DNA of 64,000 nucleotides from Gordius albopunctatus (taxonomy: Eukaryota), in NCBI GenBank assembly GCA_964276515.1, contig OZ193909.1, positions 8,308,001-8,372,000 of the forward strand, read 5' to 3'. The stretch's first letter is position 1. Each line of letters begins with the position of its first letter. The notes below the pieces were generated by a model. That model was not told where the DNA came from and did no database searches. It saw only the letters and a program-made list of their open reading frames with translations. Of this stretch, positions 35,682-47,590 are shown in pieces. Position numbers and translations under genes: made by a program.

Positions 35682-38650
35682 TCTATATATATATAAATCT
35701 AAGTACCGTTTTTTTGTGCGCTAATAACTTTTGAAGTTCTCAACCGATTGCCACCAAATTTGGCCAGATTATTGCCTTAGCATTGTAGATGGTTTGTAAA
35801 CACTTTTTATCACACTACGACAGCGGGGACCATGTTTTTTAATTTGGTTGGCGCCATCTAGCGGACGTCAGCTACAATGCTTATCTCGATTATTATTTTA
35901 TGTTAGAGTTGTGCTCATAGTTTTAAATGTTTTTATACTAATCTTTTGTCACATATTTCACTATTTTTATTCACCTTTGGGTTATTTTTTACATTATATA
36001 TATATCTGTTACAACTAAATAATTAAAAACCGTAGAACATCAAAAATTTTATAATATAAAAAAGACGCGTTCTCTTATTAAGGATTACGTATCTAAACGT
36101 TTGACGTGAAAATATTGTTATAATAATTTAAATTCTCTAAGTCTCAACTGCTATATATATATGGCCTAAAATTTTTTTTCTCTTTAGTTTATATTATTTT
36201 TACACTGTACTTTGCTGTGCATATTTCACCACCGACACATTTTATCCTACTGTAAATAAATACAAGCAGCTTAGAGAAGGTGCAATACCTACTATTTTTT
36301 ATTTACCAGATCATCTCCAAAAGGTAATTGATTTAAGTTACACATTTCATCACTATAATATAGAAGAAACCACCAGCTAAAAGAACTACAATGAATTCTC
36401 TGTGCACATTTCACCACCGACTCATTTTATCCTACTGTAAATAAATACAAGCAGCTTAGAGAAGGTGCAATACCTACTATTTTTGCTTTACCAGATCATC
36501 TCCAAAAGAATTGATTTAAGTTACACATTTAATCACTATAATATAGAAGAAACCACCAGCTAAAAGAACTACAATGAATTCTTTAGCCAGCCCACTTAAG
36601 ATATTACAAATAATTTCTCCATATGTTGCCTTATATTTCTGAAAAGTCTAAACCCAAGAACACAACACATCATGCATTAGAAACAACTGAAATCACTGCT
36701 GTTCAAGTAACCTTAACAATTTTATATTAGAAATATTTATTCTAACCTGTTATATATTTAATCATTCCAAACTAAGAGCATTTCTATGATATTTTTTACC
36801 CCACATTTAAATTTGTTATATCTTTTTAACCATATTTTATTAAAACTTTAAACTTATCTTTGTAAAATACTATTGAATGTTTTTAATACATAGGGGATTT
36901 AATAATTTTTTAGCATACAAAGTTTCATTTAATAAAAACAAGTTTTACTTTAAAACAAAATTCGACCTATTTATGTATTTTTAATTTTCTTGGTATATCG
37001 ACTTTAGATTCATGCGCCCCAAAAGAAAATCAATTGGACGGAGGACACGAAATGCGAATCGAATGCGTAGAGTGCGTACTCATGGGCTTGAAGATGAACT
37101 ACAACAGTATACAACTCTGCCTCAGTCACCCGCACGTGCTCAGTCATTACCCGCAGGCAACCGCCTAGCATTTTCTTACCCATCTAATATTGAAAGTTTA
37201 CGTCGCAATGTTCTCATTGGTACTATGTCTATTGTGTGTCATCATTGCAATGCCTTGAAATTTGCTAGAAATTGGAAACGGAACCGTGCTCGTCGATATA
37301 AACTCAGGACGGATTTCATTTCCTACCAACTTCTGCCATTTTGTATCGTCCAAAACAGCTTTGGTAGAAAAAGTTTTTCCAAATATTAACACCCATTATC
37401 AGGATCGAATATGGCTCCGTCAACGGGCTATTCTTGCCCCAAAGAATAAAGACGTCCAAGAACTTAACAATCTCATTCTGTCTACAATTGACGGCACTCC
37501 AGTTACCTACAAATCGGTTGACACTGTTGTTACTGCTGATGACGCTGTTAATTATCCGCTCGAATTTTTAAATTCGCTAGATCTCCCAGGCATACCACTA
37601 CACGTTTTGCATTTGAAAATTGGCGTGCCGATTATGATGTTGCGCAATGTTGATCAGCCAAAACTTTGCAACGGCACACGTCTTGCTATTAAACGCTTAA
37701 TGTGCAACGTTGTTGAGGCAACGATTTTGACTGGACGTTTCACTGGAGAAGATGTCCTTATACCACGGATCCCTTTGATTCCAACAGATTTACCCTTTGA
37801 ATTCAAAAGATTGCAATTTCCTTTTAAGCTCGCATTTGCTATTACCATTAACAAAGCTCAAAGCCAGTCTCTAGAAATTTGTGGTATAGATTTAGAAACA
37901 GATTGTTTTTCACATGGACAATTATATGTTGCATGTTCGCGCGTCGGCAATCTACAAAATTTGTATATCTACACAGATAATAACATCACCAAAAATATTG
38001 TCTATCCCCAAGCATTATAGCAATTTCTTCCTTTCTAAGGACGAAGTTAAGCTGCGAGGCATCTCTTACCCGAACCTACAACCCTCTTTATAACGCCTCA
38101 CTACTTTTCTGCATGAATAATTAGAGTTAGTATTATTTCTATTTATCCACTTATAACTTTTAGCAATTACCATTGAAGCCCATTGATTTTACTCGCGCAT
38201 AATCACCTTTTAAATTCTATAATTTTATATTTCTTTTAGCACGAGACATTCAGAAGAAGCTATAATACTGTACGTGTATTACCTTATTCTTCATAAGACA
38301 GACCTATCTTTGATTTACCCTTTATCCATCAACTTTCCCTTGCAGGTTTTATTTTACTATTTACAACATTTTTTACATTATACTTTCCGCCAAAATCTTC
38401 ATACAGCTCTTTATTACCCATACATTATTATAAACTTTCTATATTTTAATGCTTATATACTCTTATGAATTATTAATAAATATTTTATATCGCTCTTAAA
38501 TAAATATTATGGATATTTATTTGCATTAGCATTCGGACCTTTCACATTATTTCATACATGACCCCATTTTAGATAAGTCTTATTAATAGGTTATACTTAT
38601 TTAACCACTTAAGGACTGAGCCAAAGCAACGCTTGGCCGGGCACAGCTAG
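35682..38650 (+). mobile_element. Internally deleted canonical Helitron inserted in a probable intron of the hAT gene
   Basis: A|TC...CTAG|T termini; hairpin GCCAAAGCAACGCTTGGC (38620-38637); Rep N-terminus and helicase C-terminus inside. Confidence 0.92.
37012..38020 (+). pseudogene. Helitron Rep/Hel deletion derivative (N-terminus joined out of frame to PIF1-like helicase C-terminus)
   Basis: RLAFSY..IGTMSIVCHHCNALKF, then LEIGNG..RAILAPKN..LCNGTRL..RLQFPFKLAFAITINKAQSQSL..HGQLYVACSRV. Confidence 0.92.
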
Positions 38651-38989
38651 TTTTTAGTTATAAAAATCCTTTATATTTTTATTTTATGATATACTTTCTA
38701 CATCAATTTAAATTCATTTCTAGAACCCAATACTGTTAATTCCAATTCCAATATAGAAAAATGTAAAGATAAAATTCCTCAAATATCCAACATTTATGAT
38801 GGCAAGGCATATTGTGTGTTAAAAATTTACTTTTGATTATTATGCTATGCTTTCTATATAAATTTAAATTTGCTTCTAGAAACTGATAGTGTTGGTTCTA
38901 TAATAGAAAAAAGTAATGATAAGACACATCAAATGTTTAACACTTATGGTATATTATTGATGTTATGTTATAATAAATTTACTTTTAGA

Positions 38990-41375
38990 TAACTATGAGT
39001 ATGACATAGGCAATTATATTAAATCAAATTTAATTGGTATGGACAAATTAAAAATTTTTAAGCTTATCTGGAAACCCAATGAAAATTATGAGTTCCCTAA
39101 AGGAGGAACACGTAATCTAAAGTTTCAATATCAGTGGTTCAAACAATGGTCATGGTTAGCTTACTCCAAAAAGCTCAGAGGTGCTTTTTGTAAGTACTGT
39201 GTGCTTGCAGGAAAAACTACTGGAGGATCGGGGTCCCAAAATTTAAATAATTTAGCTATTAGTGCTTTTAACAAGTAAAGTCCTATGATTAAATATTTTA
39301 TTGTTAATGCTTTTACTAGTTACAAACATGCAATCGAAGTATTCAATCATCATTCCCAACGAAAATACCATTTGCATGCAGTTGATGTCATAAATTCACT
39401 TGAAAACATTTACTTCAACAAGAAGCAATCAGTTGAAGTAGTTATCTCTAATGAACAAAATATCCTCCACAATAAATTAAGGGAAGTTTTATACCCTATA
39501 ATTGAAGCTATAATATTCTGTGGCAGGCAAGGAATCGCATTGAGGGGTATTTTATTTTAAGTGTAAGTTTATTTTTGATAGGTCATCGTGATTATGGTAT
39601 TTTACCTCTTGAAAAGCCCAGAATAAATGACAATGATGAAGGAAATTTGAGAGAAATTTTGGTTCTATTGTGACATTTCAATGACAAGGTTAAAAACAGT
39701 TTGATTGAATGCCCGAGAAATGCTAATTACCTATCTCCCTGTGTGCAAAACGAACTTATCGACATAATAAAGTTACAAATTCAAAACGATATTGTCGCAG
39801 AAATCATTGAAGCTCCTTTCTTTTCTCTTCTATTGGACGAGACCACTGATGTTTCCACAATGGAACAAATGGCACTGGTGGTTCGTTATGTGAATATAAA
39901 TTCGGACCCAGTAATGATAAAAGAAGTCTTTCTGCAGTATATCAAGATAGATGATATGTCTGGAAAAGGTATGTTTGACATAGTGATGCAAACTTTAAAG
40001 ATGTTAAAAATTGACATGACAAAGCTTCGGGGACAAAGTTATGATGGAGCCCCAGCCATGAGTGGCTCTAAAAATGGTTTGCAAAGTCATATAAAAAGCC
40101 TATATCCAAAAGCCATTTACATTCACTGTGCATCCCATAATCTAAATCTGCCCATTAAAGATTCCTGTAAAATTCCTAACATTAGGAATTGTATGGGTAA
40201 GATTCATTTTTTAAATCTATTATGTTATATTTTTTTAAAAGGTGTTGTCAAAAAAATCACTGATTTTATATCAACCCCCAAAAGATTTAATCTTTTCACT
40301 TCTAAAGTATTGTCATTGCCGGATAACCCTAAATTCACAAAATTAATATCACTGTGTGAAACTAGATGGACACAAAAGCACAATTCTGTTCAAAGATTCT
40401 GTGAAGCGAAGTAAGCAATATTTGCTACCTTGGAGGAGATGTGTGAATGGGACGATGAAGAATCATCGTCCAATGCGGCTATTTCGCTTTCATCATTAAG
40501 GACATGCCACTTTTGGCTCTCTTTGTACATGCTAAAGCAAGTTTTCTCTTACACTATTAACCTTATCAATTATTTGCAAAGGATTAATATAGACCTTTCT
40601 CAGGCCATAAATGCAGCCGAAAATGCGTTCATACAGATTCAACATTTGCGGGAAAATTCCCAAGAAGAATTTAGAACAATCTACAATGATGTCTTGTCAC
40701 TAGGAGATATATATGATTTCAAAATTACTATTCCTAGGAGAGCCTCACGACAAACTCTTCGTTCAAACATTGAAACATCTTGTCCAGAAACTTATTACAG
40801 AGTTTCGTTGTATAACTCCCTTTTAGATGCGGTTTTGGTGGAACTTGATGAAAGGTTTCTAAAAAACAAGCAAATACTGTTGGGATTTGATTCCCTTCTA
40901 ATTAAGTCCCCTGTCATGCTCTCAACAGAGATATTAAATAACTTTCTTCAATTGGCAAATTTTTATGAAGAAGATCTTGACGGCTCTCAAGAACAATTCA
41001 AATCGGATATTAAATTGTGGTATCAGTCGTTCAAGGACTGTGAATTAGAGAATTTGCCTACCAATGCATTGGAAACATTAACCAATCATGTGTCCTAATT
41101 AAAATTACATCCAAATATAAAAACATTATACCATATTTTAGCCACACTCCCAGTTACAACATGCTCTAATGAGAGATGTTTTTCAGCTTTAAAAAGACTA
41201 AAAACTTACCTCAGGGACACAATGGGACAAGAAAGGTAAATTAAATGGTTTTACTAATTTTTAATTTAGGCTTACTGGATTAACCTTGTTAAATGTACAT
41301 AGACAATATACCCCCAAAACAGAAGATATTATTAATGCATTTTCATCTAAAAAACGTCGATATTAATTGTTTATA
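38990..41375 (+). pseudogene. hAT transposase with TTF-type Zn finger and DUF4371, spliced, few lesions
   Basis: WSWLAYSKKLRGAFCKYC; GRQGIALRGHRD; LLLDETTD; QSYDGA; CASH; ETRW; LPVTTCSNERCFSALKRLKTYLR. Premature stop at 40412 and frameshifts. Confidence 0.92.
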
Positions 41376-42426
41376 GTTTTTAAATATTTTGTTATATTAT
41401 AATTTATTTTTGTTGTATTTTTACTTTACTTCCAATAATATATGTCGAAAATGAAATTACTTCCAAAAAAAATATGGCTTCAAAAATTTTAAACCCCCCT
41501 TTAGCAAATTCTGGCTACGCCCTTGGTTCCAGTCAAATATAATAATCTGAATTTATATGTGTATAATAGAAATAAACAAACACAAGTATATAAATCTTTT
41601 ATAAAAGAAATTGTAACTAACAATAACTTTTTATTACTTAAGTGATGTTATTTTATTTGTAAAAAGTAATAAATTCTGTATGTTCCAGTCAAATATAATA
41701 ATCTGAATTTATATGTGTATAATAGAAATATACAGTATCAATATATTTCTTACTTAATTTCTTTATCTACAACTTTATATAAAAATATTGCATGTATCAA
41801 TATATTTCTTACTTATATTGGAATCTGGTAATTTCTTACTTAAATTCTTTATCTACAATTTTATATAAAAATATTGCATGTATCAATATATTTCTTACTT
41901 GAATTTGAATCTGGTAACACTTGTTTATTATTCTCCTAACGAGTGTTTTCTACGCGTTCAATTCTTCTGTATAAAGTTCATAACCAATGGCGATGTGGCG
42001 AAAATCACGTGATCTTGTTTACTTTTACGCTTGTAGCCAATTAGTGCGTTCTATTACGCATATGAATCTGATAACCCTACATAACATCCATATTTTAGTT
42101 CGTTAAAATATGATCCACGTCAATCAAAATGTCAATCATATAAATTCATTTTTATAGCAAAAATGGTTCTTATTGGCTCATTTAACGTCAATCATTTATT
42201 TTATATTAAGTTTTTTAAAAATATTATAAACAAATTCAATTAATTTATATGTATTAAGTTTTTTAAACTATTATAAAAACAGTGGGGAACTTAAATAATT
42301 ATTATATATAAAGGATCTTATAATCCCTGATGATCTTAGGTGTCATGTATTTGGTTTTAATCTTTTATAAGTGATCCAATCTATATAAATGTAGCTTATT
42401 ATATTTTGTTTTTCAACTGATAAAGC

Positions 42427-42690
42427 CATGGGCGTATTAGGGGGGGGGGGGGCAGAGTAAAAAAACAAAAAATTTTCGGCGAGCAAAAAAAAACAAAAAA
42501 AGGTCTCCAGTATCCAAAACGCGACCTATAAAATGGCTTATCGGGGGTGGAGGGCAGCCACACTCCCTGCCTCCCCCTCGCAAATTGGGGGGGGGGGGGC
42601 AAAACATAATTTCTTAGGGTTTTTGTGGGTTTTTGTATTGAAAATTTTTGTTTTTTTGAAATTAGGGGGGGGGCCCTGGCTACGCCCATG
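42427..42690. mobile_element. hAT MITE with poly-G tracts
   Basis: TIR CATGGGCGTA; perfect TSD GATAAAGC. Confidence 0.92.
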
Positions 42691-42989
42691 GATAAAGCTG
42701 TTATAATATAAATGATATTGATATTATTATTTTAATAAATATATATTTTTAGCATCTTTATTGGAAAAAGGCATATTAAAACCATGTTTTGTCAAATATC
42801 AATATTAGACATTGAAACAAGAATAATGAATTTTATTTGAAGCAAATGTAAAGTAAAAACAGTAAATATAAAACAACTGTGACAATTAAAAATATTGTAT
42901 AAACAAATATTATAAAATTAAAATGATTAAAATTGTGTTGAATATATATTGCATGACTATCTTTGGAATAATTAAGGGGGTAAGAAGCC

Positions 42990-43950
42990 CATTTATTTAT
43001 AAATTCTGTGACATCCCCACTCAAATGAAGTCACCAATACCTATTTTTAATATATTATTTAGTTTAAATAAAATTATAACCAGTACTTTTTACTAATCTT
43101 GGCCCTTGTACAGTTTTTACCAAGATGTGCCCCAAAGCTTTGGCCTACAATAGTTCCTTCCATATCATTGTGATACAAAGTAAGAATCTGTTTCTTTTCC
43201 TCAGAATCCATAACTACCCTTAAATCCTTCTCTAACAAAATAAAAAAGTTTCACTTTAAGTACCTATTTTCTGGTCGCAAAATTTTGCTGTTATTTTTAC
43301 AAACAGAAAATGTCCCTTAACATAGTAACCTTTTGATTTCCTAACAAAATAAGTTCTCTGTTTGCGTGTAAAAATTTCAGGGATAGTTCCATGTACCAGG
43401 TACTCTTTAATGCCACTAAAACAATATTCTTCCATTCTATAAAATTTAAAAAACATATAGCAATCTAATATTATAATATAACAACTATTTGAAATGCTAA
43501 GTGTAACATTAATATGTTGTTACTAATTAAATATGTTTAAATTTCATATATTCATATAATAAAATTCTAAGTCCATCAATAACTAAAGTGTAAAATTAAT
43601 ATGTTAATAATAAATATGTTTAAATTTCATATATTGAGATAAAAAAATTCTAAGTGCATCAATAAAATAAGTGTTAAATTAATATGTTGCTGATAAATAT
43701 GTTTAAATTTTATATATTGAGATAATAAAATTCTAAGTCCATCAATAACATAAGTGTTAAATTAATAACTTACTGCTGGATACAATTTTGATTATACAAA
43801 ATTAACGGTGATTTTGGCTAATTTTCGTTCAATCACATTATTATAAAAAACACGTGAAATGTCAAAAACATATCATTTCGTAGTTTCAACCAATGAGAAT
43901 GTGTAATTCACGTGGAGACGATTCTAAAGGAGACAATAACTCACGTTACA
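42990..43950 (-). mobile_element. Second, divergent Ginger-like remnant
   Basis: MEEYCFSGIKEYL..RKSKGY; LRVVMDSEEKKQILTLYHND..GAHLGKNCTRAKISKKY, homologous to 34400-34759 with similar intron positions; ~80-bp tandem repeats 43495-43770; possible TGT terminus at 43950. Confidence 0.7.
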
Positions 43951-45421
43951 ACTCCATATAAACGTAGCATATCTTCTATGCAATTTATGGGCGAGAATGC
44001 CTATAGGGGGATATAAAATGCAAAATGATTAAAAAGTTAAATTTTTGTAAACCTGCTATAAAAAAGGTTTTCTTTCATTCATTCTTATTTATCAACTTCT
44101 AAATTAATCAAAATGACGAAAGGAACGCAAATAGAGGGTATGACCTTGGAAAAGCCAATAGTCATTCTTCCAAAACATACCCTCTTAGAATTAAATAAAA
44201 AGATGATAAATTTTCAATTTAGAGTTTTTTCGATACTGTATAATTTAAATAATTTGGTGTAGGCGACCTATTATTTGAATTATGACTATAGACTCTATTA
44301 AAATCATGCGCATATGTAAAGTATAAACAAGATATTAAAAAATTTTCCAATCAGACCTTTGCCATTGGTAATTTTTTCTATCACTTTGGACAGTGGTCAT
44401 TTTTTCTAATGGTTAGCAGACAGCCAAATAACTAGCCTATAATTATAATCTAGAAAATAAAAATCGATTTTAATCTCACTTTGACCAGTGGTCATTTTTT
44501 TCATTGGTCAGTAGCCAGGACACGGTCAAAAAGGATATAAATACATAAAAGGCGAAAAAAATTAGATTCACAATTTGGCCAATGGTCATTTTATTTATTG
44601 GTCAGCAGCTAGCGAACGGCCAAAAGGTCATATTATCAATGGTATTAACAAGAAAAAAAAATAAAAAAAAATTTCCCTCTACGGGATCCGAACCCACATC
44701 AGTGGAAGCATAGGCCTTTGTGGGGGGGGGCACAGGGACCCATATCAGTAGAGGCATAGTTCCTTGTGGGGGGGGCATAGGTAATTATCAATGTTAACCT
44801 AATATAGCAATTCAAAAAACGAAAAAAAAATCGATTTATACTTTGGCCAATGGTCATTTTTTTATTTGTCAGTAGCCAGGAAACGGTCAAAATGGATATA
44901 AATACATAAGAGACAAAAAAATTTGGATTCAGAATTTCGTCAATGGTCATTTTTTCATTGGTCAGTAGCCAGGACACGGTCAAAATGTCATATTATCAAT
45001 GCTAATAAAAAGAAAAATATATTAATTAAAAAAAATTGCCCTCTCCGGGATTCGAACCCACATCGATAGAGGCATAGGCTTCTGTAGGGGGGGGGGGGGT
45101 AGCACAGGGAATCATATCGGAAGAGGCATAGGCCCTTCTAGGGGAGGGCATATGGTAATTATCAATGTTAACCTAATATACCAATTCAAAGACGAAAATA
45201 AAATTTCGAATTACAATTTGGCCAATGTTCATTTTTTCCATTGGTCAGTAGCCAGGACACGGTGATAAAGTTATATTATCAATGGTATTAACAAGAACAA
45301 TATCTTAACTAAAAAATTTTTTTTTGTCTTTTTCGCGTATCAAACCAGCAATTAAGATACATGTTTGACAACGGACGGACAATGGACAACAAAAAACAAG
45401 CCCATAAATTGCATAGCAATT
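43951..45421 (-). mobile_element. HINE copy with internal tandem array
   Basis: subTIR at ~43974-43992 and 45400-45419; GGAC microsatellite; repeat units 44350-45330. Confidence 0.8.
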
Positions 45422-46488
45422 TATAAATCGATAATGGAAATATTTTGATGCAAAAAACACAGACATCAAAAATTTCCGCGTTTATATTTTTTCTCCGGTC
45501 TTCATAAATCCGGCCCGCTGACGAAAAACACTTCTCACTCGAGGCAGATGAAGCAGGTGTCGAAAAAATCTAAAAACAAGGGAGCTAAGCGATAGAAATT
45601 GACCACTATGGTCTTTCCACTACGCCTCTGGATTTCGAATAAAATCGAATATTTTTAGTATTCGATAATTTTATTTGAAAAAATATTAGATACGAGAGTC
45701 GTGGAATATTAAAATAAAGATTCGAATTGTATTTACATCTTCTAAAATAAATCTAACAATTGAAACCGTTTAAATGCTAATGTTTTGAACCAAATAATTG
45801 TAGATTTCTCATCAATTTATTTACAATAATTTCACTAATTAATTTTTATTTTAAAGCAGGGTATAATTAAATTAGGTTAGCATTTTTATGATGTTTTTCT
45901 TATATTCACTATTGAATATATTCATTAAGATAACTAAGGGTGTTGTAGTTTCAAAATGTATGATTATTTTTGAAGAGTTTTATTAAAGTCTTGTTAATTT
46001 GAATATGCAATAAACTTGTCTATCCATGAGAGTTAAGTTACTTTTCTGCAATCTTTATTATTGTTTGCAGCGATTGTTACTGTAGACTCCGGAGAATAAA
46101 GCTGCAATATGAGAAATATCTATTATATATTTAATAAGTATATATGGTCACAGGCGTGAAGCCAGGATTATTGTAGATGTGAGATGAAAAATGTCAGGCC
46201 GAACGGGCGGGACCACTGATTATAATGATATTATGTATTATTTTGTCACCTTTCTATGATAATGTAACATTTATCAATAGTGTTCTTACTCTAAAAAATG
46301 AGAATTAAAATTATAATTGTTCTAAACAACTGCTAAAAAATTAAAAAACCATTATTTATGGCAGAGCAATTCAGAGCTTTATAATTCGAACATGGCCGAG
46401 GGGACCCGTAGGGTTTAACGGGCTTAGAGGGGCGGGGAAATTTGGTTATTAATACAACACTAAATAATCATTTAGTCTTTATTTATTA

Positions 46489-47356
46489 CTAGCTGTGCCC
46501 GGCCAAGCGTTGCTTTGGCTCAGTCCTTAAGTGGTTAAATAAGTATAACCTATTAATAAGACTTATCTAAAATAGTGTCATATATGAAATAATAATTCAA
46601 ATAAATAAAATATCCATAATATTTATTTAGAGCACGAATTTTATCACGTCATGGATTTTATGAACCCACTATTTTTAGTATATATATAATAAGACAAACC
46701 AAATGCGAATTCTGTTTTAGTCATCAAATCCGATTAAAATTAAATTTTTTTGAAAATATTGCTGATTAATGCTGTTACTTATTATACAATAATACCATTA
46801 TTTTATTTTTCTAGTTAGCTGATTTATTTGAAATACAATTTTCTTTAATATAATAAAATAATTAATTGAAGGGTGGATAATTATTAAAAATATTCTTCTA
46901 TGATCGACCACGTGATAATAATTTAAATATTATTTATTTAATTTAAATAGTTTGTTAAACCCTAATAATTTTGACCGTAGACTGTAACATTTTTATTATA
47001 CTTTTAAATATCTAATTCAAGAAAACTTCAGCCTTGTATGTATGACGTCATTATTGTATATGCTGCTATAAATTAAACTGGCCGGGAAATTTGCGATATT
47101 TTTAAAACGAAAAGGTATTTTAGGAATCTGAAAAAGCTATTTTACCCCTGGCCTCCCTGGGCATCTACGGCTAAATTTTCGCGCGAATCGGGCCGCTAGT
47201 TTTAGAATTAAGCCATTTTTTAAAACTAAAAGGCCCATATTTTTAAAACTAAAAGGAATTTTAGGATTCTGAAAAAGCTATTTTACCCCTGGCCGTCTTG
47301 GGCATCTACGGTTAAATTTTCGCGCGAATCGGGCCGGTAGTTTCAGAATTTAGCCC

Positions 47357-47397
<41 letters not shown>

Positions 47398-47429
47398 TAT
47401 ATACATAGACTTTACTTTATATATATAGA
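46489..47429 (-). mobile_element. Non-autonomous Helitron
   Basis: On the minus strand A|TC...CTAG|T; 3' end essentially identical to 38575-38650; (TACA)n near the 5' end. Confidence 0.92.
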
Positions 47430-47590
47430 TAAGAATTTTTAAAAAATTTTCTAAAATCGCGAGAGGTTCGATAACACAAAAAATGTGCAAAAATCTACAT
47501 ATCCGCGAACTAGGAAAAATACTATGAAAATTAATTAATATCTTGAAACGGGATTAACGGGGGAAATATTATATATCAACAGCGTCAAAG

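Larger units (their letters stand above)
35280..41525 (+). mobile_element. Near full-length hAT element (ZMYM1/PRKRIR/Zaphod-like)
   Basis: TIR CAAGCGCGTAG / CTACGCCCTTG; perfect TSD GTTCCAGT (35272-35279, 41526-41533); empty repeat copies at 34862 and 41682. Confidence 0.95.
33316..42081 (-). mobile_element. Ginger-like (Gypsy-integrase) DNA transposon hosting nested elements
   Basis: TGT-starting TIRs: TGTAAGGTTATCATATTCACAT at left, TGTAGGGTTATCAGATTCATAT as reverse complement of the right end. Contains a spliced integrase remnant and tandem repeats upstream of the gene. No TSD seen. Confidence 0.75.

Noticed and set aside
45518..45566. Hammerhead ribozyme (CTGACGA...CGAAA)
   Set aside because: Stem II does not close next to the core, and no convincing stems I/III or cleavage triplet are present.
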